A stretch of 64,000 nt of DNA from Podarcis filfolensis. Its lineage: Eukaryota. Shown here one piece after another: positions 24,717 through 37,600 of the stretch (its first letter is position 1; each line of letters starts with the position of its first letter). Location: the NCBI GenBank assembly GCA_964270895.1, contig OZ185444.1. One strand, 5' to 3'. The notes beneath the pieces are model-generated. The model saw only the letters and a list, made by a program, of their open reading frames with translations. It had not been told where the DNA came from and did no database searches. Made by a program: the position numbers and the translations under genes.

Positions 24717-26929
24717 CTATGAAACAATTGTTTTACAATATAAAACACTGTATTATAATGCTTTGGCTGAGGCATAGTCACTGTTCATTAAATAAGGCTA
24801 CTTCATTGCTAATACAATCCTAAATTCTTTAACATATCCCAAAGAAATGAGACAGCAATCCACTTAAGATCTGCTACTAAGACTGTTTCACGGTTACTAT
24901 AATGGCCTTCCAAGAGCATTACAAACTAAACATCCTGGTGGATGCCTTTTAAATTTTCCAGACAGATGCAAAAATGTATCTTTGTCAATGTTTGGGAGCA
25001 AGCGCAGGATGTCTCTATATGCATGGTTTTGTTTATTTTCTGTGACACAACCATGAAAGGTGTCCTCCTTAATTTAGTTTTTTATGGATTCAAGGACATA
25101 TTTTTACAATACAGTGCACAGTGGCGCTAGAAGACCGTGGCCCAATACACACTACACATATGATACCACTTTATACAGTCATGCCTTCCTCCAAGTAATT
25201 ATGGGAGCCATAGTTTAAGAGAGTTGAGAGTTATTAGGACACCCCTATTCCCCGCAACCGAGCTACAATTTAGAAATTGTGGCTTAGCAACCAATCCCTC
25301 TTCCTAGGGCACTCTGAGCAGGCATGTATAGGATTGCAGTGATAATGTATATAATATATTTATACACACACTAGTTATTATAGAAGTCAGCTCAAGTCTG
25401 CAAATGTGGGAGTCATAAAGCCATAGCAGAGGCTTGTAATATTGCAGGGTGCTCCCTGACCTCGGCTGACCAGCACTCCGAGCTTTACAATGTATTGGAA
25501 TGTATTGACCTTAAATGGAGTTGTGTTTCCTCTGGGCAGTGATGACCCTATATGGTGATGTGTGTAATAAAAGCCTTGACCGGATGAGGTAACGTGAGAC
25601 ATTGGCAAACGGCCATGCGGCTGGAGAGAACTAAGGAGAATAAATCGGGGGAGAGCAGAGAGAGGATCTGCTCTTACCATCATGAAAATATTGCTGGCTT
25701 TCTGTGTCATTTTTCTATGCTAAGCCATCTCATGACGGCTGGACTCCGTCATGCAAACAAAAATGTTTTCTGACAGCTGCCACAATAATTTTTTTTAAGT
25801 GACACCTGGGGACTCCACACTGCTAGGACCCAAGATGCTGTCACTTTTCATTAGATACACCCACCTTCTTATAGCAACTCAGAGAGGAAGGCCACCCTGA
25901 CATCATGAAGGTGCTTGTTCCTCTATTGCTAGCATATAATCAAATGATTTTTAAAAAGTATGTTGCTTAGTAAGACATTTATTGAATATTTTGGAGGAGC
26001 AGGGAGCATAGTTCTTTCAAACTACTTTTGCCTTCCAAATCAATTGGCCTAGAAATAATTGGCAAAGAATGAAGTGCTATAACGTAGCTCAATCGTGCCA
26101 ATATTTTCAGGACACACTGTTTTGCTAGTCTTATGCATTGTACAGCAAGTCTGATATAAGTGAACTATGAAAGAAAAGACAAAGTTTAGGGGTAGGTATT
26201 ATTATTAGTTCAAGGACACATTTCAGTCAGGCAGAAACTTGAATCAGAGTTGGAAGACACCTTCCCGATGCTCATCTAGTGCTAAGCCCCATTCTGACCT
26301 CTAGGAAAGGTTATTCCCAATTCTAGGAGCAACCAAGTTCTGAAACCTGGATCTCATGACAAACTACTTGAGGATCCTTATGAAGACAGGATGACGTGTT
26401 AAGCAGCACAGCCCTGGCCACTGTGAGAAGGCACTCAGGGCCTTGTCCAGGGAGAGGACCCAACACCTTAGTCTTAGCGGAGAACAAAGACCTAGCAGAA
26501 AAACTCATGGCTTACATCTGTCCACAACATTACTGTGCAAGTGACAGAGGTGCAGCAATCCTAAAAGCAACTGAATACACCTGAAACCATGTTTATCTTC
26601 TCCCCTTAGATTTCTTATTAATTCGATAGAATCTCTTTTAAACATCTGTCCAATGCTCCTTTTTTATTTGAACTCCTGACCTCATACCAGTTTTTCAAAT
26701 TTACGCAATATCCTTGAATAAGTTTACAAAATGAACGAAATGTACAATGTGCCCACTTCCTTTGAAATATTAATCTCCCACGTTTTCAGTGTCAAGGATT
26801 ACCGCATATAAGCTATTTTGGGAAGAGAAACTTCTGCATTAGCAGTCATGTGAAACAAGTCACCATTAAATCACTGCACTAGTCTTTGAGTAAGAATGCC
26901 CTGTTATATCATGTGAGCCAGCTACCTCT

Positions 26930-26932
<3 letters not shown>

Positions 26933-26962
<30 letters not shown>
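26933..26962. repeat. (AC)15 microsatellite
   Basis: Read directly. Confidence 0.92.
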
Positions 26963-26964
<2 letters not shown>

Positions 26965-27405
26965 CACAGCAAGAGTCTCTTTCGTTGAACTTAAAGACTT
27001 TGCACTTCTTGAAAAAGTATCAGCTCAATCACAATGCAAGAATATTGCACTAGGTGCTGCCTTATTAACTTTAAGTTCAGAGCAGGTAACAAAAAAGCAA
27101 ACCAGGGAAATATGTAGAGTAAAATATTTCCAACCACAACTCTCAGCATAATTTCAACAGAAAATGAGACTGCTACCAGACATTTTGCAAGGCAAATTTA
27201 TCTCGCTAGACCCAAAATCTTAAGATTTCTTTTTACAATGATTAAAGATGCAGGATTACTGGGATTAACAGTGGGCATTTTTGACACAGTAGTCCAGAGG
27301 AGAACCTCAGGCCTGGGACCAAAGGTGACTTCTCTTCCTGGCCCCCAAGGCATACACTACACCCTCCCCCAGCACAGCACTTCTTCTCAGGCCACTGGTT
27401 CTGCT

Positions 27406-27552
27406 CAGTGGCGTAGCGTGGGTTGTCAGCACCCGGGGCAAGGCAAGTAATTTGCGCCCCCTAACCCGTGGATTTGCGCCCCCTAACCCTAACCCCCAGA
27501 TGTTGCGCCCGGTGTGGCCGGCCCCCCCTGCACCCCCCACGCTACGCCACTG
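27406..27552 (+). mobile_element. Young hAT MITE with internal 22-bp repeats (copy A, 147 bp)
   Basis: Perfect 17-bp TIR CAGTGGCGTAGCGTGGG, perfect 8-bp TSD GTTCTGCT; near-identical to copy B. Confidence 0.92.
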
Positions 27553-30494
27553 GTTCTGCTTTGCACCCCCCTTGAATGTTTCTACCTGCCTGGAATGTGT
27601 CCCTGAACTGTGATAAATGTTGCTTGCTTGGATGGAAGGATAGTTGGGAGTGTGTGTACAAACTATTTTATGGTACAAATAATGTTGTTGTTATTTATAT
27701 ATCACCTTTCATTTCAAGAAGAAATAGCAACATCTGCACACCGTAATATCAAATCTGATGCTTCAATTCTGGGGAGTTGATACTTATTTTCAACTTAACA
27801 GCATAACCAGCAGCTAGTTTATCAGTATACAGTAAATACTCATTGGAAGTCTCATTTGGATACTCTCTTAAGTGTGTCAAAGACCTATCAATTACACACA
27901 ATTTTACCTTGTGCCACCTTCAGATGCATGCAAGTCCACATAAATTATTGCAAGAATTGTCAAGTTCACATAATACAAATGAAGACTTCCTAAACATATT
28001 AAGACAGTTTAGCAAGAGTAAAAATAAAAAAAAACTTGTACACTTAACAGTATTAAAGAAAGGCACACCTGATTCCTATAAATAAATCTTCATGGCTGCA
28101 CAGTCAACCCTAGTGGTCACTTAACTGAAAAAGGTGCCCCATCAATGAAACAAAATTTAGTCTTGATCAACAGCAGTGTAGCAGAGGATGTGTGCAGTTG
28201 ACAAGTTGCACCCAGCATGCTCCAACATCGCAACATCAACTGTTACAGAGTGTGTGCCTTTCAAACCTCACCTGGCTTCTCAGAATAGCTTGGGCTGTGC
28301 TACTCAATCTTATATAAAAATTTATTGTAGCAACAAAGGATCCCCTGGTGGCTTTTGATCCTTAACTGAACCCAAACCCAACCCATTGTAAGTGAAGCCA
28401 TCCTAATTTTACCCCACCCCTCCTTTAAGGAGAGAAGAAACAAAATACAAATGTGGTCTGTTAATTGGGTGTCATGCTGTAGGTTGTGAATAAAAATGTG
28501 TCCACTTATAAATATTATGGATAGTTGCTACAGGAAAGCTGCAAAACGTTCAGGTACATATTGGGCCAGTTCAGATTTACCTTCACCAACAAGCTAAACC
28601 ATAATTTAGCATCTGAGAATAAGCACAGGGACCACTATCTCCTTTCCTTCCTTTAGAATTTATTTATTTATTAAATTCATACTCCGCCCTGCCTCTCAAA
28701 GGACCCCAGGCTAGCACCTCAATCCTAGTTAGCTAGTCAGGTCTTTCAGACATAACTGGGAACTAGCTAAGTGTGGTTTAATGCCAGTTTACTAACTAGG
28801 ATCTTAAACTATGGTTTGAAGTGTGTTTGATGTGTTGTGCATATAATCTAATCCCAGTTCATCTTAACACCAGCTTCTTAACAACATTTGTCTATGCAAT
28901 AGTTATATGACAACATTCACAGTAGAATGATGATGGACTTATATTTCCTGCTAGCATATTTTCTGATCCCCATGTAGCTATCCAAATAGCCAGAAAAACA
29001 ATATGGAAGTGCTATACAGAATCTATTGGCTGTGCATAGCATACAAAATGTCAGAGCAACCCCCTGCCCTAATATTTTATTAGCTTCTTATCAAACAAAG
29101 CATAGGTATCAGCACTCTGCATTTCTATGCACAGAGAGAATAAAGGAAGAACTCATGTGCAGACATGTCTAAATAAATCCTAAGTTACCATATTGTTCAC
29201 ATTAGTGGAAGCTGTAAAAGCAATAAGGGAAACAGGTCTGAACACCACAGGGCTTTTGTCAGCTTTCAGTATCTTGGCATTGCTTTGGGTCTTTTTATGT
29301 GCTACTAATGTCATGCTATTCCTGCCTTGATGTGCACCTTACTTGGCACCCATCCCTACTAGTTAAGTATACAGCTATAACTCATTCTGATCTCCCTGGG
29401 AACTTAATCTTCAAAATGACTGAGTCGCAATGATGAGGGGTTTGGTTTAGTTAAACACCTGGACCATGGCTCCAACATAGTTAACAATGGCCCTCAATTC
29501 CATAGAGAGGGTATTTAGACAAATGGCACTAATAATAAGAATAACCCTACCTCCAATTATACAAACATAAAACTAGCATGTTAAGGAGAAGACCAGGCTA
29601 ACTCTTGTCAGAGCTCTTGTTTTCCATCTGCATGGAATTTTGTATTTTGGTTTTTAATAAAGTGAAACAGTCATTGCTGCAGTTCACCACCTGCAGCTTG
29701 AAAGTTTTGCCATATGATTATCTGCTCATCTAGAAAGCTCCTGGCTTGCACCAGTTTTTGACAGCTTGGAAATACTACCTTAGTACAATACCAAACACAC
29801 AAAAAACATTTGAACCCATTTACTCTTGCTGTTAAATTTCTACGACCTCCCATGGCTTTCAGTATTGAAGGGAGTGGAATCCTTTCCTTATCCAAGATGC
29901 ATAGGAAATCCTTTTCTACAATCTGATTTACTATAAAGAATAACAAGAATCAGGGGTTCTAAAACAGGGATTAGAATGTCACCATAAAGGGAGAGGAGCG
30001 GGCAGAATCTAATACTAACTTGTATTTCCTGAGCTAGCTGTTGCTGAAAATAACATACAGGAAAAGGCTGTTGTCCAGTCGTACAAAGAGGCCTTTCATC
30101 CATTCTGATTTTGTTAGACTTTCCGCTTCTCTTTTAAGTTACAAGTGTCTTCTGTGATCGTGTCGTAGGACATTGCTCTTACAGGAAGATCATGTTTTTT
30201 TCGGGGGGGGGGGTGTTTGGCAATCCTCCTCTCACTAAGCTGCTACTCAGTCCAGGAGGGAAGCTGCCATTGGAACAGAATTCTATAAAAGGATGTACTG
30301 CTTAAAAAGCAAACTAATTTATGGTTTAAGAAGAATGCTACTACTAATTATTAAAATAAAAGGGGTAGTGGTAATTTTTTTTTGTTATTTTTTGTGTTAC
30401 TGGCACAGCAAATTACTGGTGAAAGCTGTTCACTGTTATTAAAATTTTGTGGTCCGATATCAAATGTGACAGGGTTCAAATGAATATCCTAGGA

Positions 30495-30941
30495 CATGGG
30501 TCAGCAAACTAAGGCCCAGGGCTGGATTCGGCCCAATTGCCTTCTGGATCCAGCCTGTGGACAGTCCGGGAATTGCCGCGTGGATCGACATGGGGATTCT
30601 GATCATTCAGGCTGTGCCATCCCCCCCCCCCCCGCAAAAACACTGCAGCAGCGCCTGGCTTCTCCCCGCCCTGCCTAGAGGAGGAAGGGGGCTGCGCTTT
30701 GTTGAGCCGCAGTTGGCTAAGCGCCCTTTTAAGCAGCCCCTCTCTGGAGCCAGCCCTTTAGCGCTGCTCATCATCCCTCCACCGCGGCCGCCGCCAGCCC
30801 CTGCCGCTCGCAAGGCACAGGTAAGCAGCCATCGGGGCTCGTCCGGTACTGTGGAGAAGGGAGAAGAGATATATTCCGGCCCACCGCAAGGTCTGAGGGA
30901 CAGTGGACCGGCCCCCTACAGAAAAAGTTTGCTGACCCCTG
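30495..30941. mobile_element. 447-bp non-autonomous hAT-Charlie-like element
   Basis: TIRs CA(T/G)GGGTCAGCAAACT, perfect 8-bp TSD TCCTAGGA, GC/CpG-rich interior that explains several spurious ORFs. Confidence 0.9.
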
Positions 30942-32011
30942 TCCTAGGACTTACGGAAGGTTTATTCACACTGTACATTTTAAGAACACTTCAGCTACTC
31001 TTTACTTCTAATAAAAACTTTTACTCTGTTTGCTAAAGTTTATGGTGCTATTTTAAAACAAAATAAAACAGGGTGCTTATTCCTTACATGCACATTATGG
31101 TGGGGTGATCTGGGCACTGGGGTGCAGATCTTCCTTCCTCTTTGAGAAATGTATGAATTGGTAAAAGTATCCTGTGGAAATTACTCAAAACTTCATGCAT
31201 ATGCCTAACAGTCCCTGGGCTGTATATGGTACAAACAATTTAAGACATATAGTGTATAGCTTTAAAAAGGTTCCCTGCAGTCAAGTTATGTCCAACTCTT
31301 CCTTGAACATGCCTGTGCACACATACACCAGGTGTACATATCCAGCTGCAACAGGAGAAAAAGCACCTGGAGGTCTCCTCTGCACAGCAGGTAAGAGGGC
31401 AGGGATGAACAACATTACTTTGTGGGGAATCAATGTAAGGAACCATATCTGCCTTTCCACCTGACTCAGCTAAAGATTTAAAGAACACTGATTAAAATAT
31501 TGCAGTAAGAGATGGCAATTTCCTTGGAGAACCATTTCTCCAGTTTATGCATAAAAGACAGGCTTTGTCTTCCCAGTCACGCCTAATAATAGCATGGGGG
31601 AAATAACCAGAATTATTGGGGAGAATTAAAAGATAGCAAAACTGGGCTATGACGAAGAATTAGGTTACAGACATTATTTAGTCACAGTCTCAAGAAGTCA
31701 GCATTAAATCAACATTAAGTGTCTAACCAGGGATGTGTCGAGGTTTAAGAAATAACACTTTCCAAAATGACAAGTTATTCAACATCTCTGCTGATCATGT
31801 ATGGATGCAAAAATATGGAGCGATATGGCCAACGTAATTCATTAAATATGACTTCCCAGTCCTTGAGGATACAATCGGGAGTGTGTCAGATGGAATATAC
31901 TAGGACACACACAGGATTGCATTGTGAAAGTCTGCAGAAAGAGTCTAACCAACCGTTTGTGTAGATGGACACCAAAATGTATATGATTTGCTCCCAACTC
32001 CAGTATCCTAC

Positions 32012-34436
32012 CTGCTAAACTCAGAACAGCTCCTTGTTGAATCATACAGTTCTTGTACCTCATACACATCGGCATCGTGGTCTTCAGCACTGCTAGAATT
32101 GTGCCACTCAAAAGGTGGATTTTTATCAGTTGGCACAAAGGGTAAATTTTCATACTCTGGGATTTCTTCATAATGGCTCACATTTTCATATTCTGGTACA
32201 TAGTCATGAGTAAGAGAATTCACATGTCCTTGCGATAGGAAACTCTGTTCATCCAAGGACTGTGATCTCTGGCTATTTGTTGATTCATCCTGACCCCTGG
32301 ACCTCTGCTTTCCCTTTTGTGAGGATAGGCTGCCCATTTCTGCAGAATGTGCCTTTGAGGGTTTAGTTTTCCTTCCATTTGTTGCACTAGCTGCATTCCG
32401 AGTTTTGCCACGCGCTTCATCACTGGAAAAAGTAACAGTGCTGTTATCCGCCGATTGGCTACCCTTGGTCAAAAATTTCTGGAAGTCACTTTTCATTAAG
32501 CAAACAGACAGCTTCATATTTAGGAATTTCTTTAGTGAATATTTCTTTTGAGGCTCTTTTGGGGGCTCTTTTGGGTGTAGTCTGTCCATATCTACAGAAG
32601 ACAAGGATTTGGCTCGAGGTTTTGTCACAGCACTTGCAAGTTGAGTGTTTTTTGCATTCTTGGTGTTTTTTAAGGCTTCCGGATTGCCAGAAAATGGAAG
32701 AATGGGATGAGGTAATTTCCAAACAGGTCTCTCCAAAGACAACTTTGGAGTATCACAGGATTGCAAAGTACTTTGTTCTTTGGCTGACAAATGCCTTATA
32801 CGAGGTCGCTCCAAGGGAGGATCTAAATCTCTCTGTTCACTAGTAATGTAGGCACTTTTCTCTATCAGTTCCTCTGATGCAGCTTTTTTCAATAGTCCGG
32901 CTGCAGGGATGCTGTGCCTTTGAGGCTTCTTAGGAACAACTCTTGGTGAACTTTCATCTTTATATTCAGCATCTTTATGTTCCTTCTCTTGTGCAAAATC
33001 ATCAAGGCTTTGAAAGGCAGGCAAATGCTGGTTGCACGATAATTTCACTTGCTTAGGCAAACTCATGGAAAGATTACTACACCTTATAAATCCAGGTTTT
33101 TTGTCATTAGCAGCCAACATGCAGTTATGTTCCATTATATTGTCAGCAGGATTTACTGAGTTAAGGTCTAAAGATTGCTCAGTATTTCCTACTGGGTGAG
33201 GGCTTTCATGCAGAACCTCAGGCAAGACATTTTGCTGGATCATTTCTTCAGATTCAGCAGATTCTGCCTCCGGAATCATTTTCCCAGCAACACATGAAGG
33301 ACTCTCTGATTTATCAAGTGCATGTATAAGTTCTTGGTTGTTATAGGAAACACTTTGAAAAAGAACATTAATTTTTGTGGTTTTTCTAACAGCACGCTCG
33401 GAAAGCCCAGCAGAACTGCAGTCTGAAGGAAGTGCTTCTTTTGTTCCTTCTCCTGAGATATCTATGCCATCTTGCCGGATTAAACATGGAGCAGCACGTA
33501 GTTTTCTTGGTTTTGGAACTGGGGCAGATTTAGGGGATGGTGCAGAGCCTACTTTTAATGAAGATAAAGATTCATCAGTCCCTTTTGTGGAGATGCCTGC
33601 GTGCAAATCACTAGTATCAACTTTTTCCAAAGGTGCTGTGTTAAGCGAGCAACAGGAACTGTTGATATTTTCAGTCAAAAGAGGATTTTCTGACATTGCA
33701 GACTTGATATCAGGTATCTCTGCATGGTTGCTTGAATTGCCCATCATTTCCTCCAAACTGGATGATGGCGAAACCAGGTCTGTAAACTCAATTTTAATGT
33801 CCTTTTTATAACTACTCATGTTATCTTTTTCAAATTTGTTCAAAGGTGTTTGCTTCAAACAGCTGTTATTGGGGCATACACTTTGTGTTAGTACATCTTT
33901 GAGCTTTTCATCTAAAAAATTAGCCTTTAAAATTACCCTATTTTTATGTATACTTTTACCATTATGGCTATCAAGTATTGTTCTAGATTTCAGAGATGAT
34001 GATGGTTGTTCAGCTCTATCAATGTTCTCTAAGTTTTCCAGCTGTTCAAAAATGGTTGGATTTTTGCAAGTATTCTCCCCATTCCCAAATTTATGCATGC
34101 ATTCAAAACTGCATGAACACACAGATATAATATAAGCAGTATTTTCTCTTGGGGCTCCATTTTTGTAATTCAAATGAACCAAGTACTCAGAAGAGTCTAT
34201 TTTGCATTCTTCTAAACTCTTGGAATTTTTCCTTAAAGGTGATGGCACAGTTTTAATCTCAGGAACAGGCGAACAATTGAGAACCTTTGGTTTTGGTGCT
34301 ATTGCTGGTTTCGTTTTCTTTGTGGGTTGTAAAACATCTGCAAGGACAACATCTGGTTTAGGTGCCACAGGAGGTGGCACTACTTTATGTCCCACCACAA
34401 ATTTTGGTTTCGGGGCCACTGGTGGCTTCTTAATTT
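32012..34436 (-). CDS. FGD6: FGD6 coding exon 2, 2425-nt giant exon encoding the long low-complexity N-terminal region
   Basis: 803-aa ORF in the track; starts EIKKPPVAPKPK, contains KPVWKLPHPILPFSGNPE and YEEIPEYENLPF typical of FGD6; acceptor cccttctag, donor CAG|gtagga; phase 1-2. Confidence 0.97.
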
Positions 34437-34554
34437 CTAGAAGGGGAGAAGAAAGAAGAGAAATATTAGGTTGGTCTAACTGATTCTAATTAACAATACT
34501 GATCAAATAAATATAGGATGAAACTTTAAAAAGCCAACTGTACTACTGCTATTT

Positions 34555-34603
34555 GGGGTCATGAAGAGTCGGACATGACTAAACAACTAAACAACAACAA
34601 CAA
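34555..34603 (+). mobile_element. Bov-B/RTE-type 3' tail fragment
   Basis: ggggtcatgaagagtcggacatgactaaacaactaaac(aac)n, the typical Bov-B-related 3' end. Confidence 0.75.
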
Positions 34604-37600
34604 ATAAGCGTTGATCACAATTTGTAATATACATTCTGGTTCAAGAGATGAGCATTGAAGAATTTGATTTATCTGATTGTTCATGATCAACAAATTATAT
34701 AGCAGTGGGAAGGAAAACTGTGGTTACCATGTCCTTTAAATGCTTTCCATACTAGCCATGAAAGAATGGCAACCAATGCTAACAACGATAATTTATACCA
34801 AGTATTAGATATAAAATATAAGCTGAGAAAACCTTTTTTTAAAAAAAATCTTATATCACATTACAACCACATTTTGTAGTTTGACTGCACCTCTTTCTAC
34901 TCACTTCTCCCCAAAATGCTTAAGCAAACTTTGCAAAAATTCCACAAAACTGTAGCTACTAGCCAATAAACTTTTTCATGTATCTGCTATCCTACACATA
35001 AGTATATTAGTCATCTGTATCCTAAAAGAAAGAAAAACTATCAGAACATCCAGACGCCATAATTAGTCAACACATCTGGTTCCTCCTTTTCTGCCTCTGG
35101 AGAGTATGCCATCATATGTAGAAGGAAGTGAGGAGCCTGCAGCCAGACAAGGTCAAGATAATCTAATGAAAATCAATAAATCAAATTAAATTTTCCTACC
35201 TGGCATCTTAACAGATTTTTTGCTAGCTCTGGGCGACCAAGCCAATTACAAGGCAGTCATAAATTACCATGTGCAACTTGAATAGTGTGTAGCTCACCAG
35301 ACGAGAACATCCAGTTGGGACTGTGGATAAGCAGGTTCAAATCTCATTCAGTGACAGTTTCACAAGTGATCCCAGGCCAGCCATACTCCATGGGTCAAGG
35401 AGACCTTACTCCCCGGCACAACCACATCCAGTGGTCATGTACCCACCCCATCACATGTGTTCAGCATGTGTGTGATGGGACTTCATGTGCAATGTGATGG
35501 ATGTAAAATTCTCCATGCAAGGTATTATATTTTTGAAAGTTTTGTGGTAATTTTTTTTTTAATATTGGAATCTGCCCTGAATACTCTAACAGTAGAGAGG
35601 GATGTCTTAAAGCAGGTGGTCTCCAAAGCAAAAGCAAAAAGCTTCAACCACTTATTTTCTCAGCAGCAACTGCAAGCACTGCTGTTTCATTAATTAAATA
35701 TTAATTTATAGCAGATGATGAAAAAATACAAATAGATTAAAATATTTTAGCTCATTTCTAATTCACGTTCTGAGTAATTTCTGTTGAGGAGTCTAATAAA
35801 AAGGTCAAGCACAGACAATGAAAGGCAATGTCATGAAGTGCACCTTGTACTAAACACAAGGTTGGATTTACTAAAAGTTTAATTTATGCCATCAAAACAA
35901 TGATATTGCTTCAAAATATAGTCAGGTAGATGTTTTCCTCTAAGTCTGAGCTTCGAAGACGATTTTGTTGGATGTGATCCACCTTCAAGGATCTGAATTA
36001 TTTCCACATCTAAGCAACTAACCCTGCCATATATTTTATCTTTAATTAATGGATTTGCAGTCTCCATATTCACTGTGATAAACTTATCTGTAGGCGCTGC
36101 ATAAACTAAAAGTCCCATACCATTTAATCCAGCTATTTATTACAAACTATTCTTACATGCCTTTTGGGGGGAAACAATCTACAGCTTTACCCCCTGTAAG
36201 AGGAAGACTTTGTGTGTAACCTTCCACTTGCAACACTCAGGCCAACTTAGAATCACTTTAATATATTTTCAATCATTTCTAAGAGGTTGTGAGTCCTCCA
36301 ACCCCCACAGTTTCATCCCACAAATTTTAACAGTTACCTTCTCTCTATTAATTGTAGAAGTTACTAAGTTTCCTCCTTTGGCATGCGAGAAATTCATTAT
36401 GACCTGTACGATGAAGTACTTTTTATGATGAATGTCTCCTTTGCAGTTCATGGAATTACATCCCTAAAATATTTCTGTTCACCTGCTCCATGTCAAAGTC
36501 ATCCACAACTCATCTGTTAATTTTAAGCTTATCACCAATCACCAACCACCACCCTGAACTTAGAATGTATTTTTAACATCAGCTAACTTGCCAACTTCAT
36601 GCTCGGTGATTTCCGTAATGTACGGGGCAAACAAGTGCAGACATGGTGATCCCTCATCCATCTCTTGAAAGAACATTCATCTTCCAGACCTACTATTTTT
36701 CAGTCATAAAACAGCTACATAAATTGCACAGCCTACGGCAGTCTGGAAAACAATTCATATAAAAGACACTATAAACCTATGTCCTTCTTCAGACAACTTT
36801 CCAATTATCCTACAGCTTTTCAGAACCCACTCCTGAACAGGGGAGGAGCATATGCCTGAGCTGCACAGGACGGGTGCACTCCCGAGGGGTGCGGGGTGCG
36901 GAGGTTGCCCTCCCAGGCACAGGATAGCCGCTCGGGTGCACGGAGCGGCGCACAAGCCCTGCAACTGGGGACAGAGCGAGCCACTGATGGCAGACATTTG
37001 CTGCACCACCCGCCCGTGACTCCCAAGCCTCCCCTGAGCTGTCAAAACAAAGGGGGAAGGGGCAAAGCAGCGCATCTCCCCCTCCCCCCGACGGCTCGGG
37101 GTAGGCTTGGGAGTTGCAGGCAGGTGGCCTGCCAAATGTCACCCCTCTTCAGCGAAGACACCCTGGGTGGTCCACCTCTACCACACACCCCTTCCTCTGT
37201 CCCTGCTCCTGAACAGCTTTGAGGTGGTGAGTGGGAACAGAAGCAGACAAGGAACAATATGACGATGTGTGTAGCTTGCAAGAACATGTTTCTCAATGCT
37301 CAGGGCAGAAGAGGAAGCTCAGCTCAGAAACTTCTACACCCAGGAACTTCCTGGACTTGTTGCCTTGTAGTTCCTTCCTTCAACCCGAACCAAGTGATGG
37401 CACATGAGTTCACTAGTTTGAGAAAGACTACAGATTCAAATCCTAACTGTGTCTTTTCCTTTATGGCTATACATAAAAGCGAAGCCCTCTCACTAAGATA
37501 ATTACACATTGTGCTCATACAGACAACATCCTCTCGATTCAGTATAAAAATCCACTTGTGTGTATAGTGTTGGACTTCAGTGGCCACCATATATCAGTGT

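Noticed and set aside
27406-27552. Short GC-rich repeats with intervening sequence, superficially CRISPR-like (also 47747-47926)
   Set aside because: Units are tandem with no unique spacers, sit inside TIR/TSD-bounded elements, and the DNA is vertebrate with no cas genes.
30557-31036. 159-aa Pro-rich ORF
   Set aside because: Lies almost wholly inside the TSD-bounded hAT element; low complexity, no transposase motifs.
32220-34483. Several 67-144 aa ORFs overlapping FGD6 exon 2 on the plus strand or in other frames
   Set aside because: Antisense or alternate-frame shadows of a long coding exon; no independent splice or start context and no recognisable domains.
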